Source: Amoebophrya sp. A120
Lineage: Eukaryota; Protista; Dinoflagellata
Assembly: GCA_905178155.1 (NCBI GenBank)
Contig: CAJINV010000023.1
Span: 83,228 to 127,991, forward strand
Reading direction: 5' to 3'
DNA length: 44,764 nucleotides
This document shows, piece by piece, positions 11,401 through 22,500 of the stretch (within the stretch, counting starts at the first letter, position 1; every line of letters starts with the position of its first letter). The notes beneath the pieces were generated by a model. It did not search any database, had not been told where the DNA came from, and saw nothing but the letters and a program-made list of their open reading frames with translations. The position numbers and the translations under genes are program-made.

Positions 11401-14400
11401 TTTTCAGTGTCATGTGTAACAAACTTGTGATGCAGATCTTGCAATATCATCACAGTGAAGCAGTTTTTTCGTGGGATAAAGTTAGCATCAGAAATAATTC
11501 CCTTTCGTTCCAGATAAAATCCAGACATTTAATTGCAGTTCATAGCAGCGCCACCGAGAGGACAGAACCGGCGTCCTTCTGCAGCTCCACGACCCTCAAC
11601 ATGTCAACGCACACAGCGCCAGCCTATCGCATTTAAAAACGTCCCTACCCCAGAGTTGTCATGCAAATCTGCATGCCAAAAAAGTTTCTCATGCGACGCC
11701 CTAATATGAGAGCCATTTATATCTAGTCGTGTTCTTTTGGAATTTGTGATGCTGGAATCAGCATGGCATGCTACATATGTGATGCTTCGGGACTAGCTAA
11801 ACAGGATGAAGACACTGCGCGGGCAAACTTGTCATGCGAAACAACCAGAGCTGGTTGATTTGTCTACTTAGCAGATTTTCCATCTTGACTCTGGTGTGGG
11901 GACGTTTTTCCTCACAATACAGCCGTCCGCTTCTTCGCGGCCGCAAGAAAGGGAGGTGGACCAACGAGGGCCTCGAGGAGACCGCGTGCCGCAGCCACCT
12001 ATCCTGTGCAAAAGTATCGTACTAGTAGAAATCGCATGACAAATTTTTTCAGCACGAAAAATGGAATTTGTCATGCTGATTGACCTTGGGAATCAGATTT
12101 GTAATGCACGATTGCAATTAGTACGAGTACATATACTTTTGCATAGCATACCGTCCGCTGCACGGCGACAGGAAAATACATCACCCCGTATGCATTGCAA
12201 ATATGTCTGGGTCTGGAAGAGTGGAAGATTTGTCATGCAGGTTTTCCATGACCCATGAGGTCTGGTATGTAGGACATAGCATGACAGATTTTTTGAGAGT
12301 TCTATCATGCCTATCCTGCATGAGAAACAGCCTCGCGATTAGCTCAAAAGTGGACATTTTGGTAATCATGCAACACAGATTTTTACATGACTCAGATTTA
12401 GCATGACAAGTTGGTTTGTTCCAGACCCAAACATTTTTGCATTTGATACCCCGACGCCGGATGTCTTGCCGGGCGGAAGGACGCGGAATATCAAAAGAAA
12501 AAATCCCCCCTCCCCATATCAAAACGAGGTTTCTGATGCTGGATTTGGGTACACAAATCAGATTTATCTTGCTGGAGAGGACTGCAGGCCCATACCAAGA
12601 CCGAGTAGAGATGTTTTGGGCTAGGCGCTGAGCATGGCAAACGTCTAGTCTGTAGGGCCACCAGCATCACAAACCGCCTGCAGAATGGCGGAGACTGTGG
12701 AGTTGCGTTCTTGCAAGACAGAGACGATTTGAGGTCGCAAATCAGCATTGCAAACTTTCTGAGATCTACCTTTTCGTCGATATGGGGAGGGGGGATTTTC
12801 CCTTACGATACGGAACAACCGATCCTCAGGAACAACGGCGAGGAGACTACAACCGCCCAAACAGGAGGTCCCAGATGACTTCGAGTTATAGACGCCAAGA
12901 CCGTATCAAATGCAAATATGTCTGGGTCCTCTGGAACATGGCAACTCGTCATGCCAAATCTGAATCATGCAAGCATCTGTCTAGTTGCATGATTATACCA
13001 AAATGCGCTCTCCACTTTATTTGTTGACCAAGTTCTTGAGAAGAGGTTTCTCATCATGCAGGATGATCATGGCAGAGATCTCAACACAGAATCTGTCTTG
13101 CTAGGTCCCACATTTCAGACGTCATTGCTCGTTGTAAAAGTAAAACCTGCATGACACGTCTTGTCCAGCCACGGAAAAAGTAAAACCTGCCCAGCCACGG
13201 AAAAATTCCGGGAACCGCCGGGGGCCGGCGCATGCGGTTAGGAGCATGGCTGGCCTCGGTGTCGGGGTCGCGGCTTGGCCCGGCGAGCGCTCAAGCAAGT
13301 CAGCCTGTGCATATTGCGTGTGACGCTAGTGGACAAAATGCCGGCAGGGGCGAGGCCATCCCCGGCCGCGATTCCCAATGCGGTCAGCCACCCAAGATCG
13401 CCCAGGCTGGATTCGGTAGGTGAAGTCGACTGGAGGCACAACTCTGGTGGCTCGGACCACAAAATCCCATCCCCCACCAATTCAAAATCCATCCGAATTG
13501 TGTCAGAATCCGTCCGAATCAAGAAGCCAAGAAGGGGACAAAATTCGGACGGAATTCCGACAGAATTCGGATGAGTTTTGAATTTGCCCCGATGGCCCCG
13601 ATGGAGTTTGAATTGGGGCCGATCGTCCGGATGGGTTTTGAATTGGGGCCGGTCGTCCGGATGGAGTTTGAATTGGGGCCGGTCGATCGGATGGAGTTTG
13701 AAATTGGGATCCACTCCCCGATGAACTTTAGAATTGTTGCGCCGATCCCAATTTAGCGCCGCAAACAAGCGCAGCCCCCTTCTGCGCCCGTGCGGGCCAG
13801 TTGTAGCGTTCCTGCCTGAAGTGCCAAAGCCAATAATAGCGCCGGTCGCGGGAATGACTAGACCGCCACCCGTGTCAGACAGGCGCTACACAATAGTGGC
13901 GCGAAATTTTATGCCACGACAACGCGCCGTCGCCCTTCGCAGGCGATGCGGGCGTATGCCGGAAAGTGAATCAGAGCGCATCGCTCTGGCCCTCGGTCAT
14001 CATTCAGCAACACTGCTACTACGGCGCGGAGCAGCCCTGCGGGTTGAGCCCGTCCCCCGAGCCAATGAGCCAGCAGGCAGCGGCGCTACCAGGTCGCCAA
14101 AAGCTGCCGGGGCAGCAACCGCTGAGAGTCCAGGGCATCGCGGATTGTGGCTCATTTCAAAAGTGCTCACTTTTTGAATTCATTTTGAATTCGTTTTGAA
14201 TTCAATTTGACACCGCCTGGTCCAGCGTTAACTCGTTGTAAAAGTAAAACCTGCGTGACACGCGGTCTTGCAACCGTTCAGATCCAGACATATTTGCATT
14301 CGATAGACCATATGCATTGCAAAAGAATCGTACTCGTATAAATGCATTACAAATTTCCTCAGCATGACAAAGAAAATTTGTAATGCTGATTTACCTTAGG

Positions 14401-16348
14401 GAATAGATTTGTAATGCATGATTGCAATACGAGTACGATACTTTTGCATTCGATAGACCACAGGGCCATCTCGCGAAGCCGGTCGCAACGCGTCGGAGGA
14501 GGAAGGCATATCCTGTGCAAAAGTATCTGATACTCGTAGTAATGATCGCAGTCATGCAATACAAATTTTTATCTCAAAAAAAAACAGCACTACAAATTCC
14601 ATTTGTCATGCGGAGCTAATTTGTAATGCGATTACTACTAGATAGTACGATGCTTTTACATTTCATATTTCACCAAGACGAGCAGCAATATATGCACTGC
14701 AAAAGCATCGTACTCGTATAAATGCAAGTCTTGCATTACAAATTGTTTTCCTAGGGTAAATCCGCATGACAAGTTTTATTTCTCATGCTGAGGAAATTTG
14801 TAATGCATTTATACAAGTATCGGATACTTTTGCAGTTCATACAATACCATTATCAGCAAGGACCGGCGACCTCCAACCCTGCCGGCCTGGCCGACAGTGC
14901 GGTTCCCGAAGTGCGGCCAGGTATCCTGTGCAAAAGTATCGTATTCGTAGTAATCGGAATCATGCATTACAAATCTTTATCCCAAGGCAAAACAGCATGA
15001 CAAATACCATTTGTCATGCTGAGCTAATTTGTATTGCAATTACTACTAGTACGATACTTTTGCAGTTGATACCAGGCGATGCCTGGCAAAACGCACTGGC
15101 ACAGGCGGTGCCGAAGTGCTATGGCGCTCTCAAACGTTACACTCTCAACTGTTACATGAAATCTGTAATGCAAGAATGGCAAAAGTGAAAGGGAAAAGGT
15201 TGCGCCTTTTGCATTACAGGTTCGTTTCAGATTATACTGCTATCTAGCACGTCGAGAACTTGTCATGCGAACCAGCTTGATCATGTAGATGTTGGTGCTA
15301 ATTTTGCATGACAAAATCGTGTAACAGTTGAGAATGTAACGTTTGAGAGTCCCATAAGTGCGGCGCTCCGCGGTTAGGAGGTGCGGCGCCAGGTCATTTT
15401 ACCTCGCATCAAGCATTATCACACACAAAAACAAAAAAGCAGGCAGGTCACGTTTGTAATGCAACTATAAATACATCAAAAAAAAACCGCGTATGTTGGT
15501 GGACCCTACTAAAGCAGCATGCTAAGAGGCTGGCCACGGCAGATCATTCTTCGGTGTAGTATTTCTTTGCGCATTGTGCAAATAATATGTCCTGCCTGCT
15601 TTTTGTTTTTTCTCGGGGATCAGCATCGCACGAGGGACAGCACGTTGTTAATTCATTGCACGTAGCAGCCCAGCAGTTGGAAGTACCTATCGAATGCGGC
15701 CTTGAAGATCGGGGGTACCTTACGGCTGCGGAGCGGCAGCACCAGCAGATGCTTGCCTATCAACACGGCGCGGTCAACACCACGTTGTCAGGGCCGAGTA
15801 CTGGACCTGCCGGCCTAGGTGACGCATCCGAGGTGGTGGACATCATCCCAACTTGGACGACAACAGCTAACATGCTTGCGAATGGCGCGGGACCAGAGCA
15901 GGGTGATGATCATGTAGCACTAGCACATTCAGCAGCGTTTGTCCCTCCTTCGGCTGGTGGGCCAGTGGCATCCGCTTCTGCTGCCAGTAGCGCGATGAAC
16001 TACTACGAAGAGCCACAACTACAGACCAACGGTGGATCCTCGTCCGCCGCTTCTTCGATATGAAATGCAAAAATGTCTGGGTCTGGAAACTTGTGATGCC
16101 AAAATGTGGATGATTGAAGCGCTTCCAATGGAAGCCAGACATGACAAGTTTTTGAGACACCTTCTGATGCCTAGCACGCACTACAAATTGCGTTTTTGCA
16201 TGACAAAGAAAACTTCTCTTTTGCTGCTCATGCAACACAGATTTTCCAGGAACGCAAGACACGCATTTACAAGTTCGACTTTTCCCGACCCAGACATTTT
16301 TGCACTTGATATTCGAAAAAGGTGAACAAGATATCCTGTCGAAAATGA
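5436..16348 (+). CDS. Multi-exon gene for an Arg/Ser/Gly-rich low-complexity protein, split by 27 introner-like elements and one probable GT-AG intron; 5' end not found, may continue the upstream gene
   Basis: Frame stays open across all 27 element junctions when element plus 5 nt is removed (..RRNRSDEPQGRRSRSPR..DGKNSNNKGRG..EDEDEEEEFQGRGG..QRKAVGGGDK..QYHYQQGPATS..AASSKKVNKISCRK*); TGA stop at 16346-16348. Confidence 0.75.
5452..5686. mobile_element. Introner-like TIR element, family E
   Basis: TATGGCGCTCTCAA...TTGAGAACGCCATA; TSD cggag/cgcag. Confidence 0.9.
5737..6763. mobile_element. Introner-like TIR element, family B, carrying an internal insertion of about 870 bp
   Basis: Family B left part 5737-5860 and right end 6732-6763; perfect TSD aaccg. 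Confidence 0.9.
5880..6500. repeat. GAGAGG / CCCTCTCGCGCCA minisatellite-rich insert inside an introner
   Basis: Degenerate agagg/gagaggtggcgcg units followed by complementary ccctctcgcgcca units (about 6372-6497). Confidence 0.8.
6895..7110. mobile_element. Introner-like TIR element, family F
   Basis: TATCCAAGAAAAAAATGTTG...CAACTTTTTTTCCTATGGATA; perfect TSD aattc. Confidence 0.95.
7167..7375. mobile_element. Introner-like TIR element, family F
   Basis: TATGCAAGAAAAAAACTGTG...CACAGTTTTTTTCTTGGATA; perfect TSD gaccg. Confidence 0.95.
7452..7608. mobile_element. Introner-like TIR element, family B
   Basis: Family B TIRs; perfect TSD aagtt. Confidence 0.95.
7669..7942. mobile_element. Introner-like TIR element, family A
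   Basis: TATCCTGATTAAAAACGTCCCCAC...GGTCAGGATA; perfect TSD gagtt. Confidence 0.95.
7975..8242. mobile_element. Introner-like TIR element, family G
   Basis: TATCAAATGTAAAAATGTCTGGGTCTGGAAAA...TTTTCCAGACCCAGACATTTTTGCAATTGATA; TSD cctgc/cttgc. Confidence 0.95.
8330..8516. mobile_element. Introner-like TIR element, family F-like
   Basis: TATGCAAAGAAAAAAGCGTTACAGTTAC...GTAACTGCAACACTTTTTTGTTGGGATA; perfect TSD gccgg. Confidence 0.9.
8786..8991. mobile_element. Introner-like TIR element, family F-like
   Basis: TATCACAGG..AAAAGTGTTACAGTTA...TAACTGTAACACTTTTGTCTCGTGATA; TSD acagt/gcagc; frame restored. Confidence 0.85.
9057..9232. mobile_element. Introner-like TIR element, family B
   Basis: TATCCTGTGCAAAAG...TTTTGCAATGCATA; TSD ctggc/ctagc. 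Confidence 0.9.
9305..9459. mobile_element. Introner-like TIR element, family B
   Basis: Family B TIRs; perfect TSD ggctg. Confidence 0.95.
9517..9810. mobile_element. Introner-like TIR element, family A
   Basis: Family A TIRs and interior; TSD ggaga/ggtga. Confidence 0.9.
10152..10468. mobile_element. Introner-like TIR element, degenerate family G
   Basis: TATCAACTGCAAACATGTCT...AGACATATTTGCAATGCATA; TSD gacgg/gttgg; frame restored. Confidence 0.85.
10536..10719. mobile_element. Degenerate introner-like element, family unassigned
   Basis: TAT...ATA ends, weak TIR, internal GCATGACAAA; TSD gctcc/actcc; frame restored. Confidence 0.7.
10815..10978. mobile_element. Introner-like TIR element, family B
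   Basis: TATCCTGC...TTTTGCAGGGCATA; perfect TSD gagac. Confidence 0.9.
11030..11544. mobile_element. Introner-like TIR element, degenerate family G, hosting a nested element
   Basis: TATCAAAGGCAATT...CCAGACATTTAATTGCAGTTCATA; TSD ccaga/gcagc; frame restored. Confidence 0.8.
11270..11478. mobile_element. Nested introner-like element, family F-like
   Basis: TATCGCACGAAAAAACTGTTTCACTGTGA...TCACAGTGAAGCAGTTTTTTCGTGGGATA; perfect TSD aagtt. Confidence 0.95.
11625..11919. mobile_element. Introner-like TIR element, family A (reverse orientation)
   Basis: Family A TIRs; perfect TSD cagcc. Confidence 0.95.
12000..12150. mobile_element. Introner-like TIR element, family B (reverse interior)
   Basis: Family B TIRs; TSD ccacc/ccgtc. 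Confidence 0.9.
12189..12448. mobile_element. Introner-like TIR element, family G
   Basis: Family G TIRs; perfect TSD ccccg. Confidence 0.95.
12489..12810. mobile_element. Introner-like TIR element, family C
   Basis: Family C TIRs; perfect TSD cggaa. Confidence 0.95.
12904..14305. mobile_element. Introner-like TIR element, family G, carrying an internal insertion of about 1.07 kb
   Basis: TATCAAATGCAAATATGTCTGG...CCAGACATATTTGCATTCGATA; TSD gaccg/gacca; insert bracketed by a 31-bp direct repeat (13128-13158, 14232-14262). Confidence 0.9.
13570..13740. repeat. 30-bp minisatellite, about 5.5 copies
   Basis: gatggagtttgaattggggccggtcgtccg-like units start at 13570, 13600, 13630, 13660, 13690 and 13720. 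Confidence 0.9.
14311..14455. mobile_element. Introner-like TIR element, family B (reverse orientation), adjacent to the previous element
   Basis: TATGCATTGCAAAAG...CTTTTGCATTCGATA; perfect TSD gacca shared with the element ending at 14305. Confidence 0.95.
14509..14667. mobile_element. Introner-like TIR element, family B
   Basis: Family B TIRs; TSD decayed (aggca/tttca) but removing element plus 5 nt keeps the frame. Confidence 0.85.
14691..14841. mobile_element. Introner-like TIR element, family B
   Basis: Family B TIRs; perfect TSD caata. Confidence 0.95.
14922..15071. mobile_element. Introner-like TIR element, family B
   Basis: Family B TIRs; perfect TSD ccagg. Confidence 0.95.
15120..15356. 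mobile_element. Introner-like TIR element, family E
   Basis: TATGGCGCTCTCAAACGTTACA...TGTAACGTTTGAGAGTCCCATA; perfect TSD agtgc. Confidence 0.95.
15393..15623 (+). other. Probable canonical GT-AG intron
   Basis: CCAG|GTCATTTT...pyrimidine tract...GATCAG|CATCG joins ..GAAP to ASHEGQH.. in frame. Confidence 0.55.
16059..16311. mobile_element. Introner-like TIR element, family G
   Basis: Family G TIRs; perfect TSD ttcga. Confidence 0.95.
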
Positions 16349-17269
16349 ACCACAAAATATAGGACAAGACGCAAGACAGTGGTCGATAAAAGTGTAAAGT
16401 ACTAGACCCACACCCAAGAGGCTGGACTATTATCAATTTAAACCCGGCACTTGCATCCGCATCGTCTTTGTCATGAAGCAAAGTTTCTTGATATTTCTAT
16501 TAGAACATTTCTATTTCTTTTTGCCCCCTTGTGGTCGGCTTGCTGATAGTGCATGCAAATCAGTAAGTCTGCCTTTATTTCTTGAATTTACGAACTCAAT
16601 CTTTTTTGGAATTTTCTCGTGACAAAAAAAATGTATTAAAAAAAAAACAGCACTAACTTCTTCAGCATTCGAAAGTGAGCAAATCCCAGTGGTCCAGGAC
16701 CTAATGTGAGCACAGGAGTCGATATAAGGACAACGACAATCTAACAAGGCTGAATGACGAGGAGATTTAAATCATGGCAGAAGTAGAGCAAGCCAGTGGA
16801 CTTTTCCAAATGCTGCAAAATGAATCAGCTACTGAACGAGCTGCTAGAAACAAGCATGACAACCACTTGTGTGGTCTAATGTTTTGGCAGTGCTTCTCGA
16901 TTTTTAGATCTTCGGTATTAGGTTTTGATTCGTTTGCGAATGATTTCACCCTTCCTTCCGGACTATCTCACACTCGTACTTGCCATATGTTGCGATGATA
17001 TTTATCTGTATTTTTGCAAATTCCATTTCAAAGAATGTAGATATTATTGTATCGTCAAACACACGACTGCAGGCATGAACACGTGACACTAGCCTATCAA
17101 GGGATGGGTCGGACTTGCTGCAAACTTGATTTCTTTTTTTTTCTGCAAATGAATTGTTGTAATGAATTTCAATTGTTTCGCACTAAATAAAGTACTTATT
17201 ATTTCTATTGATGCAGGCATTCGCATTGTACTAAGAACAAAACAAAAACTACAACCCGGCCAGGATTGC

Positions 17270-17563
17270 TATGAGGTCCTCAAGCGTTACATTCTCAACC
17301 ATGATTTGTCGCCATCATTCAACATCGCCATGATCAAGCTACTTCGCATGACAAAGTATCGACGCGCTACATAGCAAATCTGTAAAGCAAGACGCGCAAT
17401 GTTGTTCTCCCTATCACGACCTGTGCTACTCTTTCCTCACAAGTTTATGCTCGTCCAGTGCCTGCGGAGGCTTGGTTCCTCAGCGATAATGGACAACGGC
17501 GCGGGTGTTTTACGATCACAAATTTATGCAATGGCTGAGAATGTAATAGTTGAGAACGCCATA
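17270..17563. mobile_element. Introner-like TIR element, family E
   Basis: TATGAGGTCCTCAAGCGTTACATTCTCA...TGAGAATGTAATAGTTGAGAACGCCATA; TSD attgc/actgc; host gene not resolved. Confidence 0.85.
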
Positions 17564-17943
17564 ACTGCCGTGTCGCTTCTTCTCGCGATATTCTCGACGA
17601 TATTCTCGATTTCATCGAGAATTGGGGAAAGGCGATGGCGGGTGGATGGGTAATATCCTTGGAGGGCCAAGAGATCCACATGGAGGTCGCAGTAGCGTAT
17701 GTTTGCGGTATAATTCTCATGTAGCAAATAAAAAACACCTGCTCCAGGGCCAAAATCACAGCGAAGAAGGAAATTCTATTCCTTTTCAAGACTTTCTTAC
17801 CATGGGAGTTGCAGGTAATGGACGCGAGCTCAACTATCACCGCCCATATAGAAGATGAGAATCCAGGGACGTAAAAGAAGAGGGGTCGGGCAGGAACAAT
17901 CTAAAGATTTCAATCATCAAAGAGGATTTCGATTTCCCCCGTG

Positions 17944-18193
17944 TATCAAATGGAAAAATGTTTGGGTCTGGAAGAATGCAAGTTTGTCATGCTTGTCCGG
18001 CATGACTCGAGAATCTCTGTTGCATAGGCACGAAAAAGCCCTCGTGCCTGTCATACAAAACGCAGTTTGCCACGCGGAATACGTAAGACGTGGCAGCCAA
18101 AAAAAATATCATACATAGCTGCGTACTGCAGTGCGTGTATCATATAGTTTTAGCATTACAAGTTTTCAGACCCAGACACTTTTGCATTTGATA
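17944..18193. mobile_element. Introner-like TIR element, family G
   Basis: Family G TIRs; perfect TSD ccgtg. Confidence 0.95.
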
Positions 18194-18269
18194 CCGTGCG
18201 TGACAAAGCAACTGGCCGCGTGTTGGCAAGCTGTGGCGACGTACGAGGTTAATGTCAACTCTTTCTACG

Positions 18270-18392
18270 TATGCAATGCAAAAGCCTCGTACTAGTATAA
18301 ATTGCATTATACAACTTGGAGGCACATCAGTACAAATTTAATTATGTAATGCGGATTTAGATTTTGATTTACCTTGAGAAAGAGATTTGTAA
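18270..18392. mobile_element. Truncated family B element (one TIR only)
   Basis: TATGCAATGCAAAAGCCTCGTACTAGTATAAA plus family B interior; no partner TIR seen. Confidence 0.7.
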
Positions 18393-19296
18393 CTGCGAGA
18401 ACCCTTAGGCACATTACCACAGCGTGGTGCTGATCCTCGCAGACAAACCGTCCTCACCCCACTCTAAACCTTACACTTGCTCTACACCTACTTATAGCGA
18501 AGATTCAGAACGACCTAGCTCTGCTGTGCTGTTGAGATACGGAACACATGATTGACGTGAGGAAGAGCAGTCAGTTGCACAATAAAAATAGCACATGTCA
18601 CTGTCTCACGGCGCAGCAGAGTTTGTTATAGCTATATTTAGTGCTATTGGCTCGGTTAGAGGTATCAAAGTAGTAGAAGTGCTTCATCTTATTCCTAGGA
18701 GGTTGCAGCTCTTCGTCTTTTTGTTTGTTTGTCCCCGGTGTAGGTAATTGTGCCTACGAGGTCGGTGCTGCTACAAAACTGACACGTAGCGCAGCTCGAG
18801 GCAAAAATGAATCGATCGCCTGCTATGTGCAGTCGTGTTCCGTTTTGGAAATGTCTCTAAATGTGCTTGCTTGCAAGACCGTAAAAACTTTTGTGCGGTA
18901 GTCCAGGTCAAGTTCAAGAAAGCGATCTAATCTAGTTTCAGGTGAAGTAGAAATTGGATAAAATTTGATAAAAACTATAAAAGGGAAGATTCTAATATTG
19001 AGCCCATCAATCGTCGTCATGTTCCTTCTTGTTTCTTCTTGTTTCGACGCAACAAAAAACGCGCTATTGTGCCAATCCTTCATCATTAGGCAGGTGTGCT
19101 GAGTGACTGGTCCGCTCGTGTGGTCGATGTGTCTGTGAGGGACGCAGTGCCCGCCCTCACCACGCACACAGATCAACATACAAAGATGCGTTTTTGACGA
19201 ACTCTCCTCATTTTACATGCTCTTATCGTAGCGCACGTGCAAGAATCCATTCGTTGTACAGCACCGGTGTGGGCGACGTTGGTACGGAGGAACCTG

Positions 19297-19583
19297 TATC
19301 AAATGCAAACATCCCTGGATGTCTGGAAGACAAAGAGTTGCAACTTGTGATGCAAGCTGTGGAAGTAGATGTAGAACAGAGAAGAATTTGTGTTGCACGA
19401 GCGCCACAAGCTGCCCATAATTGCTTGCTTCGCAATCCGGCAGTTACTCATGCGGGACAGGCATCAAGAGGCGCTCTTAAAACCTGTAATGCTTTTGCTT
19501 GCATCAGACAAGATTTGGGTGGTGCTGGTGCATGACAAACAAGGGCATCGTTCCAGACCCAGGCATATGATTTGCAATGCATA
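19297..19583. mobile_element. Introner-like TIR element, family G
   Basis: Family G TIRs; TSD acctg/acgtg. Confidence 0.9.
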
Positions 19584-22500
19584 ACGTGGCGCCACGCACG
19601 GAAAGTCCAATGCTCGGCCATATCGGTACGAACACCACGCTCGGCCAGGGCCAACAGGTTTTTTTGAGCAGCGCTTATGCAGGAACTCCGGCGGCACCGA
19701 CCTGTAGTTCTTCCGACGGCGTGGCTCGTTTCCCAGCGCGCCGACATGTTCAAGTTGATTTTCTTTCGGCAGTGTGGTTCATTTCCCACGGTACGACCAA
19801 CGTAATCACACCCCGCCCACTTTCGCCGAGCGCGGCTGCCGCGCGACCTGAAATGCCGCTACCTGGTGTACCTATGCAAGCATACGAAAGGGGAAATGCT
19901 ATTGCGTTTTCGCATTCTCGAAAGGCCTTGCCATTGTACAATAGGATGAAGAGGTCGCGTCACCTAGTGCGTGCATCTATCTGTAAAGATGAGAATGAGA
20001 AATCTAAATCCTGGGCTCGTCGCAATAGAAAACTGTTTCATGCAAAAGGACGTCGTTGTCGTGCATGTTCTTGTTTGTAAAAAAACGTTTGCAGCGAATT
20101 GAAAAATGTACATGGAAGCAGGGAGAAAGTGTTTCCTTCCATACGTTTTGGAGTTTCCGACTTCGTGAAGAACCGCAAGTCCGATATTAATGCACGACAC
20201 GTATCAAACAAAAAAAGGTCGTCACGATTTCTCGTACGCATTTTTGCAATACAAAATTTTCTGTCATGCGTGAAAATGCACCACAGCCAAACTTTGCAAG
20301 GGATTTCCCTGGTGTTTCCGCAATACAAGGAAAAGTTGCGATGCTGAAAAAATTTGTAATGCAAAACCTGCAGGAAACTGACTGCGACAAACTTTTTTCT
20401 CTCCATAGCACGCCTTTGCGCCACCGCCTGCTCCTTCGTTGACTTCGATCGTTGTGGCGGACGGGCGCTGGGAACAACGCGAAGCCGATTTATGCGTTAT
20501 GGTTTGTCCAGTAACTCACTGTTGCTGTAAAAAAATCAGTGGAGTTTTTGTCTCCCGTACTCTAGGACGTGTTTCTGATTGATTCTGATGTAGGATTTTC
20601 TGTAGTTTTTCTTGGATCCGCAGAAATGAATTAACGCTGTTTCTTGTTTCCACATTCCCACAAGCCCGCTGGTACGGCTTCGGTTAGCCAGGAATGCGAA
20701 TCCGCCTGAGTAAGTAACAACATGCATAATTGTCTTCCACATCCACCTTGTGTGAAGCGGGGCAAGCACTTGCGATAGAACCAACGAAGCGCGCCCGACA
20801 AGATCTTCATTTCCTGAATCGATTTTCTCGTATTTCTATTGTCTTCGGGACCATCAAACTACTGTCCGGCGGGGTATTAACGGTAAAGGTAAAGACAGCT
20901 GCAATTCGCCGCGTTACACTTGTTTCCGACTATTTTGGGCTTCTAGAAGTGGTGCATTCTTTGGACTACTAATTACGGTCCTCGCGGCCTTCTAGAGGAT
21001 TTTACACAGCACCTTGTTATCATCTGTCGCTTGGGTTTAGTTTCCCACGTAGGCAACGCTGGTTGTAGTGACTTTGAGAGAGCCGGCCCGAAAGTAGAAA
21101 AGTGCCTGCGGCCAGAGACATTCATGGGGCCCGATGTTGAGAAAGCGACCAATGGCTTGCGTGTCGAGCGAAATAGATTGAAATCCTCGGAGCAGCCATT
21201 GGCGCTGCTGCAGAGCGCCGTGCCGCAGCTTCTGGTGCGCGCGTCCAGCGGTCGGTTGAGCTTAGTTGTAAAGTCGGTTGTGCTTAGTATTAGATAGTAG
21301 CGCTGGGGTGTACGCCGCATGTGCAGCCTGCCTGGCGTAGACGTGAACAATGCACAAGCTGAGTAGAACTAGAAGAATGCAGACACACGATGCCAACCGG
21401 CTGCTGACACACGACGCCAGCCGGCTGCTGTAGCTAGTTTCCTGTACAGGGCCAGGAGTTTCGTGCCGACGCATCTCGATCGGAACCGTTTCGGGTTCTG
21501 GTGTCCAAAGTAAGCTGTGTGTAGATGGATAGGTAGCCAAATTTAGCGAGCGTGGGAGGTTGGTCTATCCGATTAAGCTCGACAGCTTGAGACCTGTGTT
21601 TGTAACACGGCTTCCGTCTGTGTCCCACTCGTATCGCTTTTTGTGGGGACAATAGGTTCTTGTAGTCCCGCAAACGCCTCTTATAGAAAGATACTTACTG
21701 GCCTGCAAGTGCATGGCTGCCAGTTCGGGCCACGAGGAGGGCTCACCAGCTGTAGGTTGCGCAATGACCAGCAAGTCTGCAGGTCTAGTTTTGACCAGGA
21801 GGCCTGATACTCTTCTACCAGGGGCTTCGTTGTATTTCGATGCCAAGTTGTGGTCGTGAAAAGAAAATAAGCGTACAGAAATGCGCGAGCTAATCTTCTT
21901 TGCTCGGTTCCCCAGCCCAGCTCGGGGCCGCCGTGTGCACAGGTTATTTTTCGTGCTGACGAGACGATCTACAAATGACGCCCTTATTGCATTGCACTAC
22001 TTCTGCTAGTGCGGGCACAAGACAGACTTGTGCAGACAAGCTGAAGAGTACTGTGCGAAGCAGGAGCTAGTTTGAATTGAAAACTGCAGCAACACTGCGA
22101 TTTTTATGTATCCGCTGCGTTCTTTCATCACATTGCGTGTAGCAGGAGACTACGGTTATAAGCAATTACGCACGAAGGGATTGTAATCAGTTGTGAAAAA
22201 ATGAAAACACCTATTAACAACTACAGCAGGAGCAGCATATCCATATCGACAGGGAAAATACAGATATTCCTGGGAGGTCTCCCCTTTTGAAAACTATGCC
22301 TTCTCCTCTATGACCTGCTCAGACGGAACAATGTCAAACGCAATGGCGTCGATGCTAATTCTCAACTATCATAATAAATGTATGACCGGGCACGCGTGGT
22401 CTTGCGAGCCTGTGAGTCAAGGCCGACAGTGGTCGGTCTATATTTTATGAGCGGGCTCAACCCGCCCATCACGGTAACCAAATCCTGAGTAGCATGAATA

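Noticed and set aside
375-16311. CRISPR-like or integron-cassette-like alternation of repeats and unique spacers
   Set aside because: Repeats are 110-330 bp, belong to many families, occur in both orientations and have TSDs. The spacers join into continuous ORFs, and no cas or integrase gene is present.
20480-21900. Possible retroelement or GIY-YIG nuclease relic on the minus strand
   Set aside because: Only fragmentary ORFs and no convincing catalytic motif by eye; a tBLASTx or HMM search would be needed.
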